The position numbers and the translations under genes were made by a program. The notes under the pieces are model-generated. The model was given only the letters and a program-made list of their open reading frames with translations, searched no databases and had not been told where the DNA came from. Positions 9,656 through 17,500 of a stretch of 64,000 bases of DNA are shown here, piece by piece; within the stretch, counting starts at the first letter, position 1; every line of letters starts with the position of its first letter. This stretch comes from Spirochaetia bacterium (lineage in GTDB: Bacteria; Spirochaetota; Spirochaetia; G963692905): positions 1,407,883-1,471,882 of the forward strand of contig OY843583.1 of NCBI GenBank assembly GCA_963692905.1, given 5' to 3'.

Positions 9656-11020
9656 TTAATTATGTTCGATTCCATTGAATAATGAAGATGTCTCGTCTTC
9701 TATATTTATTGGCTTGTAAGTATCAATCTCGTTAATTATTTCTTGTAAACTCCCTGACACCCATTCATGCTTGTTGTCAAACTTGTTGTGAATATGTTTT
9801 TCTATTTCTCTAAAATGTGGGGTAAACATAGCATGTTCTATCTTATAATTCCTGTCCGGATCGCTCGTCTGATAGCCGTTCAGCCTGCTATTAACATTAC
9901 TAGCTATACCAACTTTGTACTCCCTTTCATAGTTCTGGTGAGATATCACATAGACAAACTTGTGTTGAACCTGATCTTTTTCTTTTGTGTCTGTTCTGTT
10001 AGGTGGTTCAGTCAAAAATAATAAATCCTTATCAAGTATTCTGTCAGCTATAATGGGGTTTTCTATTTCTTCTTTTAACCTTTTTCTTATTTCCACATAC
10101 GTCTGCTCTAATTTGTCTATACCAATCCACCGCCTATTAAGTATCTCTGCAGCTATGCAGGTTGTCGCACACCCACAAAATGGGTCGAGGACTACGCCTC
10201 CCTCTTTGGTGCTTGATCGTATTATTCTTTTTAACAATGGTACAGGCTTTTGAGTGGGGTATTTGGTCCTCCTTTTAGACATTGAATTTTCATAAGGAAT
10301 ATCCCCCCACCAATCATTACCATTTATCCCTTCTTCAGGGTAGTAGATTCTTTCTTTTCCAGCGTCTACTCGTATTCTGCATTTTCTACCCTGTTCGTCT
10401 ATTTGTCTGTAATGGCTTTGTATATATTCTGGAGTACAAGGAAGGGTACAATCCCCCTTAAACTGATTATGATCTTTGGTGTACCATAATATAATATCAT
10501 GCTTTTTTGCCCAACTGTTCCGTTTTCCTCTCTCTTGTCTGCCCGAAGTAGAGTACCCCCATACAATCTCATTGTTAAAGTTTTCTTCTCCGAAGATATT
10601 ATCTAATAGCAATTTAAGAAAATGAGACATAAGGGGGTCGCAGTGAAAACATAAGCTACCCGTGTGTTTTAGTATTCTTTGCATTTCAATTAACCTTATC
10701 GCCATATAACATAAATAATAAAAATTATATTTTTTCCCTATTTCTTTTGTACTGTTCAGAAAAGTATACAAACTATAATGATCCTCTTTGATTGTCTGTA
10801 CCCATTCATCTTTTACATCTTCTTTTCTGAAGATATCGTTGTACCCAATCTCTGTTTGCTTTCCTGTGTCATCTTTAGTCATGGGATACACGAATTTTTT
10901 GTTAGTGTTAAAAGGTGGGTCGAGGTAAACAAGGTCAATACAATTACTATTTATGCCTTGCAAGATTTCTAGGTTATCTCTACAAAAGATGGTTCTACTA
11001 GCTATATTACAAGGTGACAT
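9656..11020 (-). CDS. Beta-class N6A/N4C DNA methyltransferase fused to a C-terminal T5orf172/MUG113 (GIY-YIG superfamily) domain
   Basis: Motif IV DPPF sits near the N-terminus and motif I VLDPFCGCATT later, which is the beta order (PF01555-like). The C-terminal roughly 100 aa read FVYVIS...YKVGIASNVNSRLNGYQTSDP...EIEKHIHNKFDNKHEWV. Strongly AT-rich. Confidence 0.8.
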   Translation of the reverse strand: MSPCNIASRTIFCRDNLEILQGINSNCIDLVYLDPPFNTNKKFVYPMTKDDTGKQTEIGYNDIFRKEDVKDEWVQTIKEDHYSLYTFLNSTKEIGKKYNFYYLCYMAIRLIEMQRILKHTGSLCFHCDPLMSHFLKLLLDNIFGEENFNNEIVWGYSTSGRQERGKRNSWAKKHDIILWYTKDHNQFKGDCTLPCTPEYIQSHYRQIDEQGRKCRIRVDAGKERIYYPEEGINGNDWWGDIPYENSMSKRRTKYPTQKPVPLLKRIIRSSTKEGGVVLDPFCGCATTCIAAEILNRRWIGIDKLEQTYVEIRKRLKEEIENPIIADRILDKDLLFLTEPPNRTDTKEKDQVQHKFVYVISHQNYEREYKVGIASNVNSRLNGYQTSDPDRNYKIEHAMFTPHFREIEKHIHNKFDNKHEWVSGSLQEIINEIDTYKPINIEDETSSLFNGIEHN

Positions 11021-11140
11021 AACTAATACTCATATCTATATTCTACCACCTCATGCGATAATTTGGCTACCGAGCTATACACATAGTAAGAAAATAAAAC
11101 AACACCCAGGGACCCTTAGTTCATTGGAGAGTATACCGGG

Positions 11141-11160
11141 GGTGTACAATGAGTGTACAG
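11141..11160 (+). repeat. Repeat core copy R0 (short; TGTACA-N5-TGTACAG)
   Basis: Ends in GTGTACAG, then 4 nt, then the -35 box TTGCAT. Same geometry as R2-R4. Confidence 0.6.
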
Positions 11161-11164
11161 CCCC

Positions 11165-11192
11165 TTGCATACTTTGTGATATTATGTAAAAT
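11165..11192 (+). promoter_or_regulatory. Sigma70-like promoter of structured-RNA module A
   Basis: TTGCAT, 16-nt spacer, TAAAAT. Identical sequence at 11520-11547. Confidence 0.5.
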
Positions 11193-11198
11193 AAAAAA

Positions 11199-11280
11199 CA
11201 GGGCGGTCAACCGAACCACCCTGAAAGGCCCCCCCGCGCCTTAGGTGAGGACATTACCCTCACAACGCGGGGGCTTTTTT
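11199..11280 (+). ncRNA. Candidate small structured RNA, module A (two stems plus intrinsic terminator)
   Basis: Stem CAGGGCGGT/ACCACCCTG, then CCCCCGCG...CGCGGGGG enclosing GTGAGG/CCTCAC, then a T6 run. No conserved ORF on either strand. A further Y-shaped hairpin lies at 11285-11327. Confidence 0.45.
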
Positions 11281-11372
11281 GTTTCACCCTTAAGTCGATA
11301 GGGGGACGAACCCCGTGCCAAAGGGTGCTATTATATACTTATTACTAGAGATCCTTTTTTTATAATACTATT

Positions 11373-11497
11373 TTACCGCTGTACACACTCATATACATCT
11401 ACTAATTTAATGGCCCTATAAGCAGAGAATATAGGGCTATGCCTCAGGAGCCAGGCCGGGTGGCGCAAAAATTCTTATAGGTAGTGATGTTGTACAG
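11373..11497 (+). repeat. Repeat R1 (long form, 125 nt)
   Basis: About 94 percent identical to 12479-12603. Contains hairpin CCCTATA-N9-TATAGGG and the core GGAGCCAGGCCGGGTGGCGCAAAAATTCTTATAGGTAGTGATGTTGTACAG. Confidence 0.85.
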
Positions 11498-11552
11498 CCC
11501 CTGTAAACCCTGTAAACCCTTGCATACTTTGTGATATTATGTAAAATAATAA

Positions 11553-11633
11553 ACAGGGCGGCCTGCCATGCCACCCTGAAAGGTTGCCCGCACCTTTTGT
11601 GAAGTTCCAACCTTCACAGCGCGGGTCTTTTTT
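11553..11633 (+). ncRNA. Candidate small structured RNA, module A' (paralog of A)
   Basis: Same promoter (TTGCAT 11520-11525, TAAAAT 11542-11547) and same fold, with compensatory changes: GTGAAG/CTTCAC and closing pair C-G instead of T-A. T6 terminator. Extra hairpin at 11638-11683. Confidence 0.45.
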
Positions 11634-11826
11634 GTTTCGCTCTCTTGCCAATAGGGGGGTTAAGGCCCCCGTGCAAGAGAGCGCTCTTTATTTTAATATT
11701 CCCATCCTCTCTTTTACAATGGCGGGGTCGATGGCTCGGTAGCGGGTTGCTGTTGCCTTTGGCAAGTTAGAAGGTTCTACAGTGAAACCTTCTACTTTCT
11801 TGTATCGGTTGCCGTGTTCATATTCA

Positions 11827-12504
11827 TCATGCGCGGTTGGCGCCACCGCGTATCACCAGCATGGCCTCGTTAGGCTTGCTACCAACGGCTAGGATTTTTT
11901 TACCATCTGGCATGATGCGCTGTATGGCTACAAGCTCGGTCCTCCATGTGCCGTCTTTTGCTACTGGCTTGTTGTATGGAATAAGTAGCTCGTTGCCAAC
12001 TACCCGAATATAGTCGGGCGGGCTTGTGATCCCCTTCTTGGCAAGGTAGGGGTGAAGCTTAGCCGCCTCGATGGCGGGCTTGGCCTGCTCCCAGTACGCT
12101 TTGTTAAATGGCTTTGCCTTTGGTTTTGGCTCGTGGTTTACCGCTCGTGGTCTAGCAGGCGTGGCTTGGCTATCAATGCACAAGCTGAAGCGCTCGGTCA
12201 CCTCGGTAGCCTTCGGTTTTCCGTTAGCCTCGCAGGTGGTTCTATGGCACCCATAGATCCCGCTCTTAGGGCTATACCACCCTGTATCGGCATTGTTGTG
12301 TTCACCTCCTCTACAATATAGGCAAATGCCTACAAGTACGCCATCACTCCCTAGCTTCCTATACTTGTGTTCCAACAGGTGGCGCTCTACAGATACCTTA
12401 GCGGCATCGATCTGTTGACGGTTATAGCGCCCGTTTGCGCTTTCTAATATGTCCACGTCTCCCCCATATTTTTTTTCTTTACCGCTGTACACCCTCATAT
12501 ACAT
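11827..12504 (-). CDS. Truncated phage/plasmid-type primase-like protein (Zn-ribbon plus start of a Toprim-like region)
   Basis: Cys/His cluster CLYCRGG...YGCHRTTC, then HPYLAKKGI...LLIPY...LVAIQRIMPDGKKILAVGSK, typical of P4/TraC-like primase N-termini. Ends after 225 aa without the catalytic Toprim or helicase parts. The 5' end lies inside repeat R2. Confidence 0.5.
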   Translation of the reverse strand: MYMRVYSGKEKKYGGDVDILESANGRYNRQQIDAAKVSVERHLLEHKYRKLGSDGVLVGICLYCRGGEHNNADTGWYSPKSGIYGCHRTTCEANGKPKATEVTERFSLCIDSQATPARPRAVNHEPKPKAKPFNKAYWEQAKPAIEAAKLHPYLAKKGITSPPDYIRVVGNELLIPYNKPVAKDGTWRTELVAIQRIMPDGKKILAVGSKPNEAMLVIRGGANRA

Positions 12505-12603
12505 CTACTAATTTAATGGCCCTATAAGGAGAGAATATAGGGCTATGCCTCAGGAGCCAGGCCGGGTGGCGTAAAAATTCTTATAGATAGTGAGGGTGTA
12601 CAA
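12479..12603 (+). repeat. Repeat R2 (long form)
   Basis: Paralog of R1. Core ends in GTGTACAA, then 4 nt (AAGA), then the -35 box TTGATT at 12608-12613. Confidence 0.85.
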
Positions 12604-12646
12604 AAGATTGATTAAGGTGAATTTTTGTGCAATGATGACCATCTTT

Positions 12647-12850
12647 ATGGCTGGCAAAGGCAAAAAAATCCGAACAGTAGGTGTAGTGGGCGCGATTATC
12701 ACTGCGCTTTGCTGCTTCACTCCGATTCTTGCGATTGGCGTAACGGCAATCGGTCTGGCTGGCATTATCGGCTGGCTGGACTATGTTTTGTTTCCGTTAT
12801 TGTTCTTGTTTTTGGGAGCGATAACTTATTCATTTATTCCGAAAAAATGA
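12647..12850 (+). CDS. MerF-like two-helix mercury/metal transporter
   Basis: LCCFTPILAIGVTAIGLAG..GWLDYVLFPLLFLFLGAITY matches the MerF pattern with its vicinal CC pair. Start chosen downstream of the predicted promoter (TTGATT-17-AATGAT). The alternative ATGs at 12632 and 12635 would precede the predicted transcription start. Confidence 0.6.
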   Translation: MAGKGKKIRTVGVVGAIITALCCFTPILAIGVTAIGLAGIIGWLDYVLFPLLFLFLGAITYSFIPKK

Positions 12851-13053
12851 GCATGCCAATCCTGCGAACCACAATTACCTCTCCGCAGTGCGGACATGAG
12901 GCGGAAGAGAGCATGCCGAAAACGCATGTCAGTGGTTTTATGAGTGTTTATCTTGCCGGTCATTGTTACGCCCTAAAAAGGGTGATTGTTGCGTTTTTTT
13001 GTTCATATGGCGAGCATCCGTGTCCACCAAAGCAACACGGTGACGGTTGTTGA
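12847..13053 (+). pseudogene. GDCCVxC-domain (mer-associated) small protein carrying two compensating homopolymer frameshifts
   Basis: ATGA overlap with the merF-like stop. Ends match the family (ITSPQCGHEAEESMP ... FCSYGEHPCPP). The family core ENACQWFYECLSCRSLLRPKKGDCCVF is encoded in the +2 frame between the A4 run at 12919-12922 and the T7 run at 12994-13000. Confidence 0.55.
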
Positions 13054-13095
13054 AACGAACTTCATTTTAGTCAACCTTTCGGCATGGTAGGGGAA

Positions 13096-13129
13096 CGTAA
13101 AAATTCTTATAGATAGTGATGTTGTACAG
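13096..13129 (+). repeat. Repeat core copy R3 (short form)
   Basis: CGTAAAAATTCTTATAGATAGTGATGTTGTACAG, then 4 nt, then TTGCAA. Confidence 0.8.
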
Positions 13130-13133
13130 TGAG

Positions 13134-13162
13134 TTGCAAAGTTTTGGCATAGCTGCTATAAT
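13134..13162 (+). promoter_or_regulatory. Orphan sigma70-like promoter after R3, cut off from its cargo by the IS
   Basis: TTGCAA, 17-nt spacer, TATAAT. The left inverted repeat of the IS begins about 40 nt downstream. Confidence 0.5.
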
Positions 13163-13204
13163 TGCTAACTAGGGCCAATATTGAATGCAGCTAGTTTCCT
13201 AGCG

Positions 13205-14567
13205 GGAATTAAAGAGACCTAGTGACCCCCTAGCCTGCACATACTAGCTCATACTCATCCTCCTAGGCAACCTCCGGGTATACTTGTGGCAATGGTGGAA
13301 GAAAAGGTGGTACTCGCATGGAAAGCCGTACCTTCTGGTAAAAGCACTCCTCCCGCGCCCTCTGAAACAATGTCTTGTATGCCTCAAGACGGTCACGGGT
13401 CATGGCTCGATCACATTCAAAGACGCTCCAGTGAAGCAGGCCCTCATCAATGGACGTGTGAGCTTCACGAAGTTTCTGGAGCGGACTTCCTCCCTTGTAG
13501 CTATTATATCGCGTGAGATTAAAAAAGCTATTATAGCGCTGTACCTCACGGAGCAACGCCTGAGTGGAGGGAGGGGGAAGCAGATGCATCCACAACTCAT
13601 CCTCATTCAACCGGTGGACACTTTCCACATCGCTTTGCCAGTTCTTCTGTCCCAGCGGGATTAAACGATGCACAGCCCCCCATTTCAGCATGGCCAGGAT
13701 TGAAAAGGCTGAAGCATGCGCATCTCCATAGGCATTGGTGAACTCTCGGCCATTATCGGTTTGAAACATTATCTCGGTACAATCTATGCCATGATGAGAG
13801 AAATGCGCACAGAGTTCATCGACAAATATCGCGGTAGCAGTTTGCGTGTTTTGCGACGAGAGCGCCATAAAGAGGGCTCCGGTGCGCACATCTCGGGCGG
13901 TAAGCTGGTACGAGGGAAGCCCTAGGCGCTGAATCAGAGGCGCATAGCCATGAATATCGGTGAGATACTTCACATCAACCATAATTCGCGCACCAGGCGG
14001 GAGTAACTGTTTTCGTTGGAATACTACCGGTGAAAGAGCTTTTCTCACCTTCTGTGGACGCGTGATTTTGAGTCCTTCTCTATGAAGGAGCGAAAGGATA
14101 GTGGAGAGACTATAGGGAATCTTCCATTTTTGTTTGAGCCACGACGCACTAATGACTATCTTCTTCTTAGTATTCGGTGCGCGATAGCGAATAAGTCGTG
14201 CACGTTCTTTTGTGGCCTCATCAATAATCTTCAAACACCAATAGGGGATCATGGCGTTGGGGGAATTAGCGGGCCTCGTGGAGCGATTCGTCAGAGGCTC
14301 ATCTTCTTTGGCCCGTCGTACCCATTTCCGCACCGTAGTGCGCGCAATCTCATAGGTTCTGCACGCTGGCTTAATACCATGACGCGTGGCATAGGCCACC
14401 ATTTCTTCACGGACCGCGCTCTGTAAGCGCGGGGTGGCATCCCGTATGACAGTATGATATACTATTTTCACATCCTGTTCTCCTTTTTATTATATTTTCT
14501 ACTGCAGTATAGCAGTTCTCCGGCATTTCTTGCTGGAGAGGGGGGTCAGGATGTCTCTTTATTTTCC
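13205..14567 (-). mobile_element. IS element (rve/DDE transposase; IS481/IS3-superfamily-like) with about 28-bp imperfect terminal inverted repeats
   Basis: Left end GGAATTAAAGAGACCTAGTGACCCCC. Reverse complement of the right end GGAAAATAAAGAGACATCCTGACCCCC. No clear target-site duplication seen. Confidence 0.6.
13263..14471 (-). CDS. DDE transposase (HTH plus integrase-core rve domain)
   Basis: N-terminal HTH (ARTTVRKWVRR). Catalytic-like D (MVDVKY), D (QTDNGREF) and E (SDVESVHR). Confidence 0.8.
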   Translation of the reverse strand: MKIVYHTVIRDATPRLQSAVREEMVAYATRHGIKPACRTYEIARTTVRKWVRRAKEDEPLTNRSTRPANSPNAMIPYWCLKIIDEATKERARLIRYRAPNTKKKIVISASWLKQKWKIPYSLSTILSLLHREGLKITRPQKVRKALSPVVFQRKQLLPPGARIMVDVKYLTDIHGYAPLIQRLGLPSYQLTARDVRTGALFMALSSQNTQTATAIFVDELCAHFSHHGIDCTEIMFQTDNGREFTNAYGDAHASAFSILAMLKWGAVHRLIPLGQKNWQSDVESVHRLNEDELWMHLLPPPSTQALLREVQRYNSFFNLTRYNSYKGGSPLQKLREAHTSIDEGLLHWSVFECDRAMTRDRLEAYKTLFQRAREECFYQKVRLSMRVPPFLPPLPQVYPEVA

Positions 14568-14587
14568 TATTTTTTTGTGAAAAAATG

Positions 14588-14616
14588 TTGACATATATTT
14601 GCTAAAGTGGTATATT
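14588..14616 (+). promoter_or_regulatory. Candidate promoter of grpE-dnaK-dnaJ
   Basis: TTGACA, 17-nt spacer, TATATT, located about 20 nt outside the IS right end. Confidence 0.45.
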
Positions 14617-14728
14617 GCTAGGGTAGGCACTAAGATGCATCGGGTGTATGTTGCAGCATGTGTATAAGAGTATCAATTCATTTACTGTATAAAGTGGAGT
14701 ATCTAATTCAAGGTATAGCTAACAAATT

Positions 14729-15535
14729 ATGAAACCGACACCCATGAGCCACAAAAAGAACTCTGATCAATCTTCAGTTGCGGATGAGCTGAGCCAGAAA
14801 AATAGCCCCGCAAGCTCTTCCTCAAATAACCAGCAGAGGGATACTAAGAGCCATTATAACCCATCCAAGAGCAGCGCTATCTCCAAAGAGCCTGCCGTCG
14901 AGGAAGAAAGAGAGAGGAAGAGAGAGAACCTAGCGGATAATCCCGCCGATAACCGAGAAAGTTCTAATCACCAACTTTCTGACTTGCAAAAACAGCTAAC
15001 AGAAGTGCAGCAGGCCCTTAAAAAACGGGGTGAGGAATATCATCAACTTCATGAGTCCTACCTGCGCAGTAGAGCCGATTTTGAGAATTGGCGTAAACGG
15101 CTGAGCCGCGAAAAAGAGGATGCCGTTACCTACGCCAATAGCCAACTGCTGTTAGATATTGTGGGAGTGTTAGACAATTTTGAGCGAGCCATGCAGGCCA
15201 CCCCGGCATCCCACGAAGAGCTGCAGGAATCAAAAGGCAATCTATCTAATTCTGAAGTGGTAGCAATCCTGAATGGCATTGCCCTTATAGAGCGCGAGTG
15301 GATTAGTATGCTGGAGAAAAAATGGGGCCTTACCCGTTTTCAGACGGTGGGCCAACCATTTGATCCCAACCTGCATGAAGCGGTAGCTATAGAGGAGGTT
15401 GAGGGAGTTGCGCACCAAACAGTGGTAGAGGAGTTTCAGTGCGGCTACCTTTTACGCTCCCGGTTGCTGCGCCCCGCCAAAGTAAAGGTACATCTACCCA
15501 AAGCCAAATCCCCAAAAGAGACTGACAAAAAATAA
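14729..15535 (+). CDS. grpE: Nucleotide exchange factor GrpE with a long low-complexity N-terminal extension
   Basis: RSRADFENWRKR core and C-terminal beta domain (GQPFDPNLHEAV). About 100 aa of Ser/Asn/Glu-rich leader. Confidence 0.9.
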   Translation: MKPTPMSHKKNSDQSSVADELSQKNSPASSSSNNQQRDTKSHYNPSKSSAISKEPAVEEERERKRENLADNPADNRESSNHQLSDLQKQLTEVQQALKKRGEEYHQLHESYLRSRADFENWRKRLSREKEDAVTYANSQLLLDIVGVLDNFERAMQATPASHEELQESKGNLSNSEVVAILNGIALIEREWISMLEKKWGLTRFQTVGQPFDPNLHEAVAIEEVEGVAHQTVVEEFQCGYLLRSRLLRPAKVKVHLPKAKSPKETDKK

Positions 15536-15571
15536 AAAAAGGAGTATTCTAATAAAAAAAAGAGGAAAATT

Positions 15572-17500
15572 ATGGGACGGATTATAGGTATAGATTTAGG
15601 AACTACTAATTCATGTGTGGCGGTAGTTGAGCAGAGTGGCGAACCCACCGTTATTCAGAATAGCGAGGGACAGCGCACTACTCCCTCTATTGTAGCCTTT
15701 ACCTCTAAGGGAGAGCGCTTGATGGGACAGCCGGCAAAAAACCAGATGATTACTAACCCTGAGCATACGGTATATTCAGTGAAGCGCCTAATGGGACGCC
15801 GCTGGGATGAGGTAACCGAAGAGACATCAGCGCTACCCTATAAGGTAACCAAAGATAACAGTGGAGGCGTACGAATAGAGGTACAGGGCAAGAATTATTC
15901 CCCTCCTGAAATATCAGCTGCTATCCTACAGAAGATGCGGGAGACTGCCGAACAATATCTAGGAGAGAAAATAAATGAGGCGGTTATTACTGTTCCCGCC
16001 TATTTTAATGATGCCCAGCGGCAAGCCACCAAAGATGCCGGACGAATTGCTGGGTTAGATGTAAAGCGCATAGTCAATGAGCCAACCGCCGCTGCTCTGG
16101 CCTACGGTTTAGAGAAAAACAAAGGGGAAGAGCGCATTGCGGTGTATGATCTAGGGGGAGGTACCTTTGATATCTCTATCCTAGAGCTGGGCGATGGGGT
16201 CTTTGAGGTTAAATCTACCAACGGCGACACCCAATTAGGTGGAGATAATTTTGACCGCGAGATCATTAACTGGTTGGCTGATAGCTTTCAGAAGGATCAG
16301 AGTATAGACCTGCGCAAGGACAAAATGGCCCTGCAGCGTCTAAAAGAGGCGGCCGAGAAGGCCAAAATTGAACTCTCCTCTACTACCACTACCGAAATAA
16401 ACCTGCCCTTTATTACTGCAGATAATACCGGCCCCAAGCACCTGCAATATACCCTAGCACGACCTAAGTTTGAGCAGATGGCAGCACACTTGGTAGAGAA
16501 GACCAAGAAGCCCTGCCTACAGGCGATTAAGGATGCATCTCTCTCCACCTCAGATATACATCAAGTTATTCTGGTAGGTGGCTCTACCCGCATACCGGCA
16601 GTACAGGCTATGGTCAAGCAAATCTTTGGGAAGGATCCCAATAAGAGTGTGAATCCCGACGAGGTGGTAGCAGCTGGCGCCGCCATCCAGGCCGGTATAT
16701 TAGGCGGTAATGTTAAAGATGTGCTGCTCCTAGATGTTACTCCCCTCTCGTTAGGTATAGAGACACTTGGCGGGGTTTCCACCAAACTCATTGAGCGCAA
16801 TACCACCATTCCCACCCGTAAATCGCAAATATTCTCTACCGCGGCCGATAACCAAACTGCAGTGAGCATTCATGTGCTCCAAGGTGAGCGAGAGATGGCA
16901 CGCGATAATCGCACACTCGGTAAGTTTGATCTAGTGGGCATTCCCGCGGCACCTCGCGGCATTCCGCAGATAGAGGTATCTTTTGATATTGATGCCAATG
17001 GCATTGTACATGTTTCCGCAAAGGATTTAGGCACCGGCAAAGAACAGAAGATACGGATCGAATCCTCTTCGGGGCTCTCGGAAGAGGAAATACAAAAGAT
17101 GGTCAAAGAATCCGAGATGCATGCTGAGGAAGATAAGAAGAGCCGGGATATCATCAATGCCAATAATGAAGCCGACGCTCTGCTCTATTCTACTGAGCGC
17201 TCACTTAAAGATTATGGCGATAACATATCAGATGCAGATCGTACCTCCATTCAACAGGCTATGGATCAGCTTAAGGCGGCTCAGAAATCTGATAATCCTG
17301 AGGAGATTAAGACCAAGAGTGAAGCGCTTCAGCAGGTGGCGCATAAATTAGCCGAAGAGATGTATAAGCAGAATGCAGCAAACCAAGAATCAGCTTCTGA
17401 GAATCAATCCCCATCAGAGGATGAGACGCAATCTGAGAAAGAAACGGTGCAGGATGTGGATTTTGAAGTGGTTGATGATGACGAAGAGAAAAAGAAATAA
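15572..17500 (+). CDS. dnaK: Chaperone DnaK (Hsp70)
   Basis: [36 protein letters not shown]. Confidence 0.97.
   Translation: MGRIIGIDLGTTNSCVAVVEQSGEPTVIQNSEGQRTTPSIVAFTSKGERLMGQPAKNQMITNPEHTVYSVKRLMGRRWDEVTEETSALPYKVTKDNSGGVRIEVQGKNYSPPEISAAILQKMRETAEQYLGEKINEAVITVPAYFNDAQRQATKDAGRIAGLDVKRIVNEPTAAALAYGLEKNKGEERIAVYDLGGGTFDISILELGDGVFEVKSTNGDTQLGGDNFDREIINWLADSFQKDQSIDLRKDKMALQRLKEAAEKAKIELSSTTTTEINLPFITADNTGPKHLQYTLARPKFEQMAAHLVEKTKKPCLQAIKDASLSTSDIHQVILVGGSTRIPAVQAMVKQIFGKDPNKSVNPDEVVAAGAAIQAGILGGNVKDVLLLDVTPLSLGIETLGGVSTKLIERNTTIPTRKSQIFSTAADNQTAVSIHVLQGEREMARDNRTLGKFDLVGIPAAPRGIPQIEVSFDIDANGIVHVSAKDLGTGKEQKIRIESSSGLSEEEIQKMVKESEMHAEEDKKSRDIINANNEADALLYSTERSLKDYGDNISDADRTSIQQAMDQLKAAQKSDNPEEIKTKSEALQQVAHKLAEEMYKQNAANQESASENQSPSEDETQSEKETVQDVDFEVVDDDEEKKK

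Noticed and set aside
9300-9659. 119-aa plus-strand ORF
   Set aside because: It is antisense to the RCC1 pseudogene and its upstream region, and has no recognisable features.
12625-12846. N-terminal extension of the 142-aa ORF 12625-13053
   Set aside because: It overlaps the merF-like gene in another frame. The recognisable GDCCVxC-like protein starts at the ATGA junction at 12847.
11373-13129. Canonical integron attC sites / CALIN array
   Set aside because: The repeats are imperfect palindromes separating cassettes, but they lack the RYYYAAC and GTTRRRY boxes. Each cassette carries its own promoter, and no intI-like gene is in the window. I kept it as 'integron-like at most' in the findings rather than calling it an integron.
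14570-14728. CIRCE/HrcA operator upstream of grpE
   Set aside because: No TTAGCACTC-N9-GAGTGCTAA-like inverted repeat is present.
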